Assembly (NCBI GenBank): GCA_009103225.1
Contig: RHPI01003587.1
Coordinates: 1 to 64,000, forward strand
DNA from: Chlorokybus atmophyticus
Lineage: Eukaryota; Plantae; Mesostigma and Chlorokybus algae
DNA: 64,000 nt
Direction: 5' to 3'
The notes below the pieces were generated by a model. The model saw nothing but the letters and a program-made list of their open reading frames with translations, did not search any database and was not told the DNA's origin. Each line of letters starts with the position of its first letter. Position 1 is the first letter of the stretch. Shown here one piece after another: positions 1 to 12,749 of the stretch. Made by a program: the position numbers and the translations under genes.

Positions 1-2
1 AA

Positions 3-2069
3 GACAGTTTGTGGAAGGAGGCGGTACTCACTGCCAACTACATCCGCAACAGGTCTCCGGTGAGCTCAGAGCAGAAGACTCCGTGTAAGCACTTCTATGG
101 AGCCACACCAGATGTGAGTGGTATGCGTGTGTTTGGATGCACGGCATATGCACTAGTGCCTAAATAGCTCAGGCACAAGTTGGAGCCGGTCAGCAAGAAG
201 GGCATCTTCGTTGGCTATGAACCGGGTTCCAAGGCTTACAGGATCTTGCTCGAGGACACTCAGAAGATCATCGTGAGCAGAGAGGTGGTTTTCCACGAGG
301 GATTATCACAACCAGAAGCAGGCTTCTTTCCTGAAGATGAAGCACAGCCGGAGCATCCTGAAACAGTGGAGGCTACAGGCAAGGCCATCATCAACAACAA
401 GGGTGAGCAGGACTCAGCTGTAGCAGGCCAAGAGGAGCCGTACCAACAGCAGGAGCACGCAGCTCGGAGATACCCAGTGAGGGAGAGAAAGGCACCTGAC
501 TTCTTACACAAGGCACACGTCGCCAGTGTGCAGAATGAGGAGCCAAGCACCTACGAGGAGGCATTGTTAGCACCACATGCGGAGCAATGGCAGCGTGCTA
601 TGATTGAGGAGATTGCGTCACTCCATGCCAACAACACTTGGTCACTGGTGCAGTTACCGCAAGGAGTGAAGACCATTCCAGTGAAATGGGTCTTCAAGGT
701 GAAGTGTGATGGTCAGGGCAACATTGACTACAAGGCAAGATTGGTGGCAAAGGGCTTCTTGCAGCAGGAAGGTGTGGACTTCAACGAAGTGTTTGCACCT
801 GCAAGTAAGCATACCACCTTCCGTGCACTGCTAGCTATGGCTGCTACTGAAGACCTAGAGCTGCATCACCTGGATGTGAAGACTGCCTTCCTCCACGGAG
901 AGCTGGAGGAGGAGATCTTCATCGAGCAACCACCTGGATACGAAGAAGGGGAGAGAGGCACAGCGTGCAAGCTGATCAAGGCATTGTACGGGCTGCGACA
1001 GGCACCGCGTATGTGGCACATCAAGCTCACCAAGGAGCTGGAGGCACTTGGCTTCACCGCATCCTCTGCAGACCCTGGGATCTTCATGCATGCAGACAAT
1101 AAGGTCTGGCTGCTCGTGTATGTTAATGATATCATCATCACCGCCAGGCAGGTGCACCACCTGCAGGAGACGAAACTTGCTCTACAGCAAGCATTCTCGG
1201 TTCGTGATCTTGGAGAGGCCAAGTGGTTCCTTGGCATGGTGATTGAGCGCGACATGGCTGCACGCACAATCAAGATCAGTCAGGAACAGATGGTGAGAAG
1301 ACTCGTCACCAAGTTTGGGCTCACTGAAGCGAAGACCAAGACCACACTGTTGGCACTTGGCACTGCCCTCATCAAGGCAAAGGATGAGGAGGTACTCGAC
1401 ACGGCTCAGTATCCATATGGTGAGCTGGTAGGCAGCATGCTCTATCTGGCAGTGTGCACACGTCCCGATGTTGCACATGCTGCGGGAGTACTTGCTCGCT
1501 ACATGTCTGCACCAAGCATGGAGCACTGGAAGGCAGCAAAGGGAGTACTACGCTATGTTGCTGGGAGCGCAACAAATGGCATCAAGTTTGGGAGCGGGAG
1601 CACTGAGTTTGAGGGCTACTGCGACTCGGACTTTGCTGGTGACCTCAACAGCAGGAGGTCCACTACAAGTTACGCCTTCAAGCTGAACGGAGGCGTGGTG
1701 AGCTGGAACAGCAGGCTGCAGCCAACAACAGCAACATCTACATCAGAGGCTGAATACATGGCAGCGGCAGCAGCAGTGAAGAAGGCACTCTGGCTTCGCA
1801 AGCTCATGGCAGACTTGGAGCACCCCATGGCGTGCATCGTCATCAACTGTGACAACCAAGGAGCCATCAAGTTGTTGAAGCACCCTATCGCCTCGGCAAG
1901 GACGAAGCACATTGATGTCATGCATCACTTTGTGCGTGACAGAGTCACAAGGAAGGAGGTGGAGTTCCAGTACTGCAACACTGAGGGCATGCTGGCGGAC
2001 TTCATGACAAAGCCATTGTCACCGCTCAAGTTCAAGACTTGTTGCGCAGGACTTGGCATCTGTGTTTGA
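3..2069 (+). pseudogene. copia pol (IN-RT-RNase H) with disabling changes
   Basis: The frame extends upstream of the ORF at 180 (WKEAVLTANYIRNRSP...RVFGCTAY) but has an in-frame TAG at 165-167. The RT catalytic motif reads YVND instead of YVDD. Confidence 0.9.
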
Positions 2070-2111
2070 CTACAGGAGCAAGCGTTGGAGGTCAAGCTGC
2101 TCGCGTGGGAG

Positions 2112-2536
2112 TGTTGAGAGTCATTCCTACATACGATCAGCATCGACCCTCCACACAGGAGTAGAAGGTCGTAAGGACGAGCACTAGGTCCGGACTTAGC
2201 AAGATGGCGTCGTCGGACCAGACTCCGGACTCCAGACAGGAGCCTTACTAACTGCTTCGTATCTCCGCGTATACTTACTCATATTGAGCGTGTATGAGCT
2301 TGTTGGAAAGCTCTGGTTGTAAGAAAGACAACGCAGCTTAGAGCGCGTCAAAAGGCTGAGTATAGCTTACGCAGTGATTGCAAACGTAGACGTGTGTGTA
2401 ACTGGCTGGTATAAGAACCAGCGGACAACTTGTAATAGATGAATGTGATGTGACTTGTGTATGCTCTGGTGGCGGTAGCTCTGTCTCTGTGTGTCTATGC
2501 TTGCCTCAACTACATGTGTATGCTAGTCCTTCAACA
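2112..2536 (+). repeat. 3' LTR (425 bp) of the copia element
   Basis: Starts TGTTGA directly after the PPT-like GCGTGGGAG and ends TCAACA, giving perfect 6-bp inverted termini. Confidence 0.85.
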
Positions 2537-2697
2537 ACTTGTGTATAGTTGTATAAAGCCTTCCCTTCTCGTCGACTATGTGTGCTTATGCTTGGTGCAA
2601 TGTGCGTGTGCATCGACTGTGCATGGCAGCGAGAACTCATGGCATGACACAAGTGACCATGCATGCACGTTGCTTACACACCCGTACTGTGTCGCAG

Positions 2698-4069
2698 ATC
2701 ATGCAGCCGCACCTGGTCATCGGTGCGCACTTAGCCAAGAACGAGGCGGCGAAACGGCTGAGGAGCATTCCCGCTGTGCAACCCACTTTGGACAGCTTTG
2801 ATGCAGACAAGATGCCTGATCTGCAGCAGACGTCTACGAATTACCTGGACAATATAATCGGGATCTCATCCATCCTAGACGAAGCTGGAGTCTCGCAGGC
2901 GGTGCTTCAACAAATTGCTCCCTGTTCTTTTAAAAGGCGAAAGCTCCCTGATGGCTTTAGCTGAGAAGGGATTGTTCAATGAGAGGAGCGAAGGCTTCAA
3001 GCTGCCTACTACTTCAAAGAGCCTGATTGGCATGTTTGAGCGCATGGGGATGCCTTCAACACTGCATTATTCTGTCTGTGCCTGCGGCCACCTGTTCGAC
3101 AAGCCCTTTCCGAATGCTGAGCTCGTTATGCAGGACGAAGACTCCATGCGCTCCAGCTACCGGCAGTGCGAGAAGGAGCGCAAGGCCATGGCAAAAGAAC
3201 AGTGCCCAGACTGCAGTCAGGAACGCAACGAAGGCACGAGCTTCTACTACCTCCCTCTCAGGCTAAGGTTGCAGCTCATGTTGGGCGTGCCAACCATCTG
3301 TCATCAATGGCTGCAGGCCTGGCTGCACCGGGAGCGGTGGCTTGACAAAGATCTAGCAATACCTCCTGCAAGTCAGCATGAAGTTTGGGATGGAGCTCGT
3401 ATGAGGGAGATCTCCGACTTCTTCAACCCCAAGAAGACATACTGGCTGCCAGTCAGATGCGAGCACTGCCAGACAGTTCACAGACCTTGTCACCACTGCA
3501 CTGAAGGCGACAGTGATGATGGGCCGCAGTGAAGGTTTCGGTGTCGCACCTGCGCGTAGGTCACCTGTCCTTTCAAGCATGTGGCCTGCGGTGACCCGAG
3601 GAATCTCATCTTCATTGGCCACTGGGACGGCTTCACCACAGCCAGCACCAGCCCCCGCAACACGCTGATGATCAACATGGCAATCTTAAACGGAGGCAAG
3701 TTGTTGAGCGCGCAGACGTTGTCGCTTCTTCCTGTGGGTTTTGTGCCTAAAGATCAGATTCCCAAGGGGGTTGACAACATGGACCCCTTTCTAATGCCAC
3801 TTGTAGACGAGCTCGAATCACTGCTGCTTGAGGGCTTCACCTGCAATTACGCCCTCCCCACCTCTGAAGTTTGCCCTGACCTGCACTCTCAAGCAGTCGG
3901 TGCTACCACGCGCTTGCGTGCGATGCTGCTCATCTGGGCTGGTGATCACCCAGCCCAGTGTCAGATACTGAAGATGAAAGATGGTGGCATCTTGGGCTGC
4001 CGCAGATGCTGGTGTAAGGCCCAGCCCTACAAGGAAGAAGCCCAAAGGCCTGTAGATCTATACGGGTAA
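2698..4069 (+). pseudogene. CACTA/EnSpm (Tnp2-type) transposase remnant, 3'-truncated
   Basis: Motifs LPTT...YSVCACGHLF...CPDC, FYYLPL, WDG, DPRN..HWDGF, MDPFLMPLVDEL and WAGDHPA..GCRRC. Frameshift near 2914 and in-frame stops at 3530 (TGA) and 3557 (TAG). An acceptor-like TCGCAG precedes 2698. Confidence 0.8.
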
Positions 4070-4606
4070 ATACGGTAGGTATCTCGAATGCTCTTGTCAT
4101 CATAATGTATACTTTTTCATGTATACATGCATGTTGTGCGCATATGTATGTTATTAAAATTGTATATTGCGTAATAAGTATACTTACATTATTGCAATAT
4201 CAAAAGTATTACAAATGAGAATGTTGGTTGTATATCCGCGTGGATTAGGATATGTCTAACGTAAGATACCTCGAATATGTCGTGACATGTTGCAAATAAA
4301 GACAACTCATCATATGTGGACTCCAAGTGCACTCTTGTTGGACAAGATTCAAAGTGCAACAATAAGTTCATTATTCTTGAATTGTTCGTGAATGCCCATA
4401 CCCAGCTTCAACGTAGCCCCAATTTCAATTCCATGAGGAGGGGCATTAGAAAGCTTTGTTCTGATCTCCTCGCTCGCCGTTGCCCCCGGGAGCGGGCGGC
4501 GGGGGGTGAGGGATATGGTGACAAGTGAGGGTGTGAGGTGTTATACTCGCATACACACGGGAGCAGTTGTTGCGATTGTGTAGCTACTCCCAACAGCTTT
4601 ACTGCC

Positions 4607-4638
4607 NNNNNNNNNNNNNNCCCCCCCCCCCCCCCCCC
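4607..4638. other. assembly gap plus poly-C tract
   Basis: N run followed by a C homopolymer. Confidence 0.95.
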
Positions 4639-6502
4639 TCCCCGAAAATAACTCGTACGAAGACTTCAAAATGTGCATGACGGTAGTGAAAGTCGATATT
4701 GGTCATCAAGACATGTCATTTTGCATAACCTTATGTATAACTCTTGATAAGTTACGAATCGATTGTGTATACGATCTAATATAATGTAATGTGAGTGATT
4801 GTATAATTATATGAACTTGCACAGCACCCCATCATACTGTGGGGGTGTGGCAGGTGCGTTTGCTGCTGCATCTCCTCCATCGCCTCCCTGACTGCCGTTG
4901 CATTCACTTAGTGTTGTTCTAGCCTAGGCCGCCTTGCCCCTGGTGCTAATGTATTGATGTGAGCGGCCTTGTGTTTAAGTTCGTGCTTGGCTTGTGCATG
5001 GGCGTGTACGCCAGAGCACTTGCATTGCACACTATCTGGCCCTTCACGGCTTTAGGTTCATGCTGCATACACGAAGTGTGCAATTCACGTATGACGCATT
5101 GCATGCAACATATCATGTGGTACAAATTTGATGCCCGATTCACTTACGTTAATCGTGTTGCAAACACAGCCACATAATAGCCCGTGTATACATGCGTGCC
5201 CCCAATGGCATACACGTACATACAAAAATGTAAGCGCATCTGAACTATGAAGTTGTAAGTAAATACTTACAACTTCGTAGTCTACTAAATGTGCAACTTG
5301 AATGTTGGGTTATCCCGCTCTTTTACGGGCATATTAACTTAATTTTATTACCTGTATAGGCCCCCAAAAAGGGAAGGGATTGCATTTGTATTGGTAGTCG
5401 TACGTCCATGCTGTTCATGTCAACTTAGCGCCCTCCCTATCTAATAAGGAGGGCATTCATGATACCAGCGTAGCCACGCAACTTGCAAGGGATCCAAAGC
5501 AGATCTGCAGGTCTCCAGCCTAATTGCTAGCCCTGTCATGGAGGTGATTCGCTTACACAGGCATGAAGGGTCACATCATGAGTCGCATGAACATAACTAC
5601 CGGTAGGCGTCGCTCGTAGTCTTCGCACGTGTCAGCATATCGCGCCCCGGATCTCATCGCTTTCAGCGCTTTTGGCCCTTTCCTCAGGGGATCATGGTCA
5701 AATGATCAGGTAAGGTCAAGTTATGGCTTTTAGACCAGTAGCATGATGCCACTGCTCAATCTGCAATAGGCATAATTGGGTACTGATTTCCAGGCAGTGG
5801 ACACAATTGCCTTTTAGCACCACATTGCATCACGCCCGCGCACATGGCGTCAAAATTGCCCCCTGCGCCATGCTGGAAACGCCTACTCAACGAAGCTTCT
5901 CCGCAAGCACGTGAAAATCAGCCGCCGCCGAGTCGGCCGCACACCACCGACACCACAGCCTGTACCACATTGCACTGTCTAGATGCAGTCGGCCTGAAGG
6001 CGCTGACCAACTGGCAAATCACCGGACAGCTGAAGGGAAATATATCGGACATGGCTTGTAGCTCTCAATGATGAATACAAAACCGCGGGAAAATGCGCTA
6101 TCACGCAGCGAAGCGGGTTAGGTGCGCGCCTTATCACGTGGTGCGTTGCGTCCCCCATTAAAGTGGCTGAGCACGGCACCTGTGTGCAACTTCGGGCGAA
6201 GTTTCGGGTACTAAAAGCACACACATGTGCCACGCATGTGTCGCTGTGTGTGAGGGTGTGTGCGTGCAAGGAGGCGTACATCTTGTTTTCCTTGGTATTG
6301 TTGTTGTCGTCGGCGGGCGGGGCGGAGGTGATACGGGGCGACTTGCCCCTTGCTAGCCACGGCATCGGCGCTGCGGAGCGAAGAAGGAGACAGGACGGTT
6401 TGGGCCAGAGAAGACAACGCTCTGACAGTTCTTCCTTCCTCTGACAAGGTGGCACCGCCAGGCCAGTGGAGGAGAAGCGGCCGCCCCCTGCGGTCTCCAG
6501 CC

Positions 6503-9500
6503 ATGGCGGGGGCGGCGGCGGCCGTGCTGTTGTTGCTGGGCTTGGCATCTGTGGCTTCGGCGTTGGAGCCCCCTTCCGACGCAGACCCCTCAGGCTACGG
6601 TCCGTACAGTTGCCCAGACTGCCCCATCAGGCACGACGTCATATCGCCGCCGCATGGGCCCTGGCCCATTGACTGGGAGCAGTTCCCTGACGCCTGCCCT
6701 GCATGCAGAGTAAGTGTGTTGACTTGAGTCGGTCGATCACCCTCTGTCGTTGTTGTCGTGGCATATTGATGTGTGTCCCTGCTCCCAGGATTCAGACCCT
6801 TGCCCGCTGAAGATTGTGCTGGACGACAAGATTATCTACAATGACTGGATGGCATTCAGCAGACTCAACGAGGAGGTATGTGTTTGTGTGACCTGTTCAT
6901 CTGTTTTGGTTGTCTCGGTAAATCTGCCTTGCCAGTGGTCTCATGCGCTTATGTGATGCATCACAGATCATGCCTTACGGGCTCAGCTACCAGCGACTGT
7001 ACTACCACTCCCACAACACGAGCGCATTCACCGCGACCAACACGGGTGCCTCACCCGTCACAATCACGGGGTTTGATCTCACGGGACCCTTTGAGCTGTA
7101 CGATTTCATCCCAGTACCCTACACACTACAAGCCGGTGAGTGAGTGTCACTGCATTCTTGCATGTATTGTGTAAGCTAGTCGTTATGCTCTATTCATGTG
7201 ATGTGATATGGCACACATACAGGCCAGAGCCTGAGGGTGAAGATACTGTTTTACGGGGACAACCCGGACCTGGCGGAGGAACTGTGGCATGGTAGCATCA
7301 ACGTGCGCACCAACGCTGCCTCCTGCACAAGCAATACCATCTGGCTCGCAGGCTTCTTCCAGGTATCATACTCATACAAGTAACATCTGCACTGTATCAC
7401 AACGACTCAAGTGGTGTCATCACTGGGCAAGGTTACAAACATGTCAGTCACTTTTACTTGCAGCGACTATTTGCATAGCCTGGCTGCAAAAAGTGATAGC
7501 CTCTGTTTTTCAAGTGCGATGGCTCTTGTATGTGCTTCTTCCCTGTGTGTGCGTATTCGTTCTGTGTAACTGTGTCCAGTCATACTGAAACGTGTGTATC
7601 AACAGCAAAGTGGTGAGACGTGTCGGGTACTTGGCCGGTACCAATACTGCGAGCCGGACATCTTCCGTTGCCTTGAGGTGTTTGGCATCGCCACCGCCAT
7701 CTGGGCCCCAGACAATGAGGTGTCCCCTTACAGTAAGCGACACAACTTTCACACACTCCCCACCACTCATCACAACCACGCATCTCAGCAACATGTCACA
7801 CGCAGACTCGCCTGCCAACCATTACGGGAGTTGGTTACAGTCCGGGGAGGAGGTTATGAGTGATTGGTGGATGGTAGCGGACCCAACGCAACCCGTGTTC
7901 GTGCAGTACGCCTTAACTCTCCGCCATATGTCACGCTACACATCTTCACCCATCGCGTACTATTACGAGCATTTCGCTGATCCACCCGCACCCATCTTCG
8001 TCACGGATGTTAGCCTGTAAGTGGGGACATGAGTGTTTGGTAACATTACATGTGTGTATGTGTACACCCTGTGACACAACATCCTGTTTGTGTGTGTAGT
8101 GGGGATGCCCAGACGGTTCACCCGAGGCAGACGAATGGTTCGAGTGCTGATGCTTACTTCTCGCCTATTGCGGGGAAGCCGTGGGCTATCGAGATCGGTG
8201 GTGTGCACGGCAACAGCACCAACAACTACCAGCAGAAGACGTGCATCACCAAGAAGAACCCCACGTGCGGGAAGAACGTGCGTTGGTTCCCCTACCGCAC
8301 GCGCTTCGGCAATATCATCCCGGGCACTTTCATCGTGTTCATGGACTACGACCGCGGCAACTGGGACTTCAATGACAACCTCCTTGTTGTACACAATGTA
8401 CGCCCGAAGAATGCCACCCTCATCCCCAATGATCAGCCATGGAGAGTGTCTCCACCTCCACCCAACCCACCACCTCCACCTTCCCCTCCTCCTTCCCCTC
8501 CTCCGTCTCCACCTCCCCCGCCACGTACGTGTACACGCCGTTGAATGTGTCACTCACCGTCATCACCGTGTATGTGGGTTTGTTGTGTTTAACACTCCTC
8601 TCGCCCACATGCAGCCAAGTGTGCCGGCACGGGTTTTGTGTTTGATACAGCGAGCCGCAACTGCTACAAGTTGTTGAGGAACCCTGACGGTAGTGTGGCC
8701 AACCTGACGCTTGCTCAGGCTCAGGCGTATTGCTCGTCTTCGGGTGGCTTCCTCGCCACGATGTTGTCTTCGCAGGACGAGACTGCTGTGAAGTCCCGCT
8801 GCAGCGTGGCCAACGGCACATGTTGGGTCAACCTCGCCCGCCTCAGCAAGTGCACATACAAGTATCCCACCGATTGTGGCGGGGACCGCACGTGTGCGTG
8901 TGCATTCATGTGGGGCAGTCCAGTCAACCAGGCTCTCAACTACAAACCCACATGGGCAGTAAACCAACCTAGTTCTGCGACCGATTATTGCGTGGTGTCC
9001 ACGCCTTCGGGGATGGATGACACATCGTGCACGGGGACTCTCTACCCTGCTGTGTGTCAAGCTGTGGCGCTCGACGACCCAACCCAACCCAAAGGCGACA
9101 TGAACGTGTTCACGCAGCCGATTGTTGGCGCTGTTATGGCTGTCGTGGGTGGGGTGACATATCAATCAAGTGCGGCCACGGGGAAGCTTTACTCACAGGC
9201 TAGGGTGTACTCGTGGTCGGCTGTTACCGCTCAAGATACAGTTACTGTTGGCAACATCACCTACGTGTTCGCCGGATACAACACAGGCAACGGCAACCCA
9301 ACCTACTTCATCACCCCTCCAAACCCACAGTACAGGTATGTGTACGTGTACTGTACTTGTGCTTTGCGTGCGTGCTTGCTTTTGAGCGCATGTGCGTGTG
9401 CATATACAAGTGTGTGCGTGAGCGCGCGTGTGTGTGGGTGCGCAGTCACTCAATATGTTTGTGTGGCCCTAACTGTTATACCTCTCTCTCTCTCAGGTAC

Positions 9501-10163
9501 ATTGCGTGGTACACCATCAAGACACCTGATGTTGGTCAAGTCGGCCGTGCTCCCGGTTTATTCCAGGGTGTTGATGTTGGTGGCGACGGCGGTCTCACCT
9601 CTCGTCCTCTTCCGGGTGGATCTTACGTCCCTGTGGATTCAAGCGGCAACCCTGCGTACTACTACGCGACGGGTGGAGGTGTGGGTTTACCTTCTGGCTC
9701 CACCAAAGACCAGTTCTACTACCTGTTCTACCCTCGCAACATCACCGAGCGCCTCACGGCCGCGGGTACACTCGACATGGTGACGGTGGGGACAGCCGAG
9801 TCCCGGTCCGGCTTCATGTGTCGCACCACGACGGACCCAACATCACCCAACATGTTCATATCGACGGACAGTGAGGGCAACCTGCGCTTTAGCTACAGGT
9901 CCACATACGGTGGTCCCACGAAAGTCATCACGCAGACTGTTAAAGTAACCCTCCCTGTGGCGATCAAGATGACTTGGTCTAAGACCAACTTGGGGATACA
10001 GTACAAGTCCCCGCCATCAGCGAGCACCTTCTCGCTGTTGGCCAATGTGTCCCCGCCGCCGTACGCGCCTTCTCCCGGGTTGTATGGCTTCGCTGTTGCG
10101 GGTGGACAACAAGGAAGGCTCACATATGCTGAGATGGAGGGCATGGGCTCATATGGGGTCTGA
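6503..10163 (+). CDS. Secreted multidomain lectin-like protein (9 exons, 917 aa): signal peptide, Ig-like beta domain, DFND-motif domain, (SP)n stalk, C-type lectin, ConA-like C-terminal domain
   Basis: Exons 6503-6709, 6789-6875, 6967-7135, 7223-7362, 7606-7732, 7806-8016, 8100-8524, 8615-9335 and 9497-10163 join by GT-AG into one 2754-nt frame. Signal MAGAAAAVLLLLGLASVASA; PPPPSPPPSPPP linker; CTLD pattern CYKL..AQAYC...GGFLA...W..NQP...CV...MDDTSC...AVC. Confidence 0.8.
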
Positions 10164-10801
10164 GTTTGAGTATTATTGATTGATTGATAGATAGATAGAG
10201 ATAGGTAATAGGGTGACTGCCGCCTTGTGTGTAGATTTGTTTGCCTGGTTTTTTGTTGTTGTGTAGGTTGTGGTCCTGATACAGACGGCGGTAGACCTCC
10301 TTGAGTTGGTCAAGAAAGAGGTCTAGCATCAATAAGGATAAACAGACAGTACGAAACATCCCCCACTAGCTGGGCTTTGGTCGGTGTGTGTAAGTTATGC
10401 TCCGCGCTTACGCGCGTGTAGCTTGTCAATTGAGAAGGTTATATGCCCAATGTGCCTGTTAACCTGTCTGCTGATGGTATTTGTCTGTGGGCAGCACTGA
10501 TGGGTTGCTTGCATCGGGAGCACAAGTGTGGAGTACCACCCTTAGCATAGGAGCTGACATATGCATGGATAGCGTTGTTGGTGGTTGAGTTGCTTTTGGG
10601 GTGATTACATTGGCTTAATTGTTGGTTATTAACTTTGGTCGGCTTGCACTATCTTGTGGCCCCTTTGTTCTACCCAATGCGTGCTCAACCACATGTTGTT
10701 GTAGTAAAGTGCGCAAGCATAAGTGATGCTTGTTGACATTGACATAATCTGTTGCTGCAGTTTGCTTTCGACAAGCGCGGTTAATACGAATGCCTCCCAG
10801 A

Positions 10802-11490
10802 TCAAAGCTCGGCCTTTTGTTGGCTAGTATCTGCGGATGCTTGCTGCTTCTTTGTAAATTCTGCCCACCACGCGGTTATCGACTGCGCTGCACCTGCCGC
10901 CTTCTCCTGCGCCAAGTCTGCAACCTCCCGTGCTTGCTGCAGTAGTTGCCTGCCTGCAAAAAGGATTCGCGTTGAAGAGCACAACTCAGCACGACTACAA
11001 GTGTCATACGCACACACACATGTGCGCGTGCATGTGCGTGTCATGCACATACTAGCATGAGAACTTACCTTTGGCTTTCCATACGGCGAGCGGGTCAGCT
11101 CGACTGGGAGTAACTTCTTGTTGTTGTTTTCTCTTGGCTTGTTCAGCGAGCTCCTCCTCCGTCGCCAAGCTCCTCCCCAGCTGTTTCTCCAGCTTCTTCC
11201 TCAGTTTCAAAGCGGCCTTCACCTGGTCCGGTGCGAGGCCCTCGTCGGACGGGGGAGTGAAGCCCTTGTTGCCATCGTCGTCGTCATCTTCTTCTTCGTC
11301 GTCGTCGTCCTCGGCGGAGGCAACGGCCAACTTGCGCATGAGGTCCTCCTTGCGGTACATCTCGGACTTGCCCATGCCGGGCATGCTCTGAGCACACACA
11401 ACATGGGATTGGTTGAGCGGAATACTAAGGATCCCAGAGCAGCACACACATGCGTGCTGGCAGACACACGCATGCACACGTACGCTCGTA

Positions 11491-11532
<42 letters not shown>

Positions 11533-12680
11533 TGCGCGCACGCGCACGTTGAATTACCTTCATCTTGGCGAGCATGCGGTTGCGCTCGAGGTCCTCGGCA
11601 GATATCGGCTGGAACGCTGGGCCGGGCACTCTATCCTGCACGTGCGAGAAGGTACATTTGCATTTGCATATGTGCATGCGTGCGTGTTTGACAAACATCA
11701 TCGTAACCAGCTGATGACACAACTACTACTCCCTTACGGCGGGGAGCGGTGGCGGTTTGTGCTTGCATGCGTCTGATAGCCGTCGGCAGAGGAGGTCCGT
11801 AAGCTGCGCGCGACCGTGCTCGCCACGGTGAAGCACCTCCGCATAGTCCACGTCCTCATTACCCAACACCTAATCGCAGGCGGGCAAGGGATGAGACTTA
11901 CTCCGATTCGACACATCAAGGTAACAACATGACGACCACTTGCTCACCTCCTCGCATGCGCGTGCGATAGTTTTGCACTCAGACTTGCATTCGCCAGCCG
12001 AGTCCTGCTCTTCGAGCTGCATACGCGCATCGTCATACAAGCAACAGTGTTACAAGCGTGACACACTCTTGCGTATGCGTGCGTGCGGCAGCAAGTACCG
12101 CGAGGACGTCGCCTTGCTCGACGAGGTCGATCTTCGTAATCCACTCGCCCTCGTCTTTCGTGGGATCGCAAGATTTCTCCACCAGCTCTATCACATCGAT
12201 CTCCTTCACCTGTGCACGGGTGCGTGGGTATGCCTGTGTGCGCGTGTGCACACGTGCAAGGATAACCTACATACTGACACGCGAGCAGTGCAACGACTGC
12301 CGTCGTCACGAGTTGTCATGAACGAAATCCTCAAGTAATCTTGCTGTGCGCAAGCAAGAAAAAGAATACGCGGTGAAAGCATGCGGCGGATAGTTACGCT
12401 GCGCATTGTGGTGAGTAGCTCAAGACACCACCCGCACCTTTCTCCCGCTGTCCCTCCATGCCTTGACCTGTCTCGCAGTATTCCTGACGAGGGTCTCGCA
12501 CACGCCGCACTTGATGAAAGGCACGTCCTCCTTCCTCAGCAGCTTTTCGGACGCAGCATCGGCGCCGATCACCCCCAGCAGCACCACACCCACGATGACG
12601 GCGGCGGTGATAGCGGCGGCGGCGCGCAGCTGCCTCCCGATCCCGCCGCCGCCGTCGCCGCCGCCCCCGCCCCCGCCCAT
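10802..12680 (-). CDS. ER saposin-like/Canopy-type protein, homologue of plant SES1
   Basis: KEDVPFIKCGVCE, EIDVIELVEKSC, WITKIDLVEQG, CKSECKTIARACEEVLG, DRVPGPAF, an acidic tract and C-terminal KAEL*. Seven exons join in frame. Confidence 0.85.
11494..11528. repeat. (CA)n microsatellite in a SES1-like intron
   Basis: Direct observation. Confidence 0.9.
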
Positions 12681-12749
12681 AGCGTTGCCGCTGTAACAGA
12701 CTTTCTTAGCGGTGTTGTTGTTGGTGTCGGCGTTGGGGTTGGCGGCAAC

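Larger units (their letters stand above)
1..2536 (+). mobile_element. Ty1/copia LTR retrotransposon, 3' part (5' end outside window), inactive
   Basis: Integrase C-terminus, RT (YKARLVAKGF, LYGLRQAPR) and RNase H (YCDSDFAGD, EAEY, KHIDV, ADFMTK) in copia order, followed by a purine-rich tract and an LTR. Confidence 0.95.
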
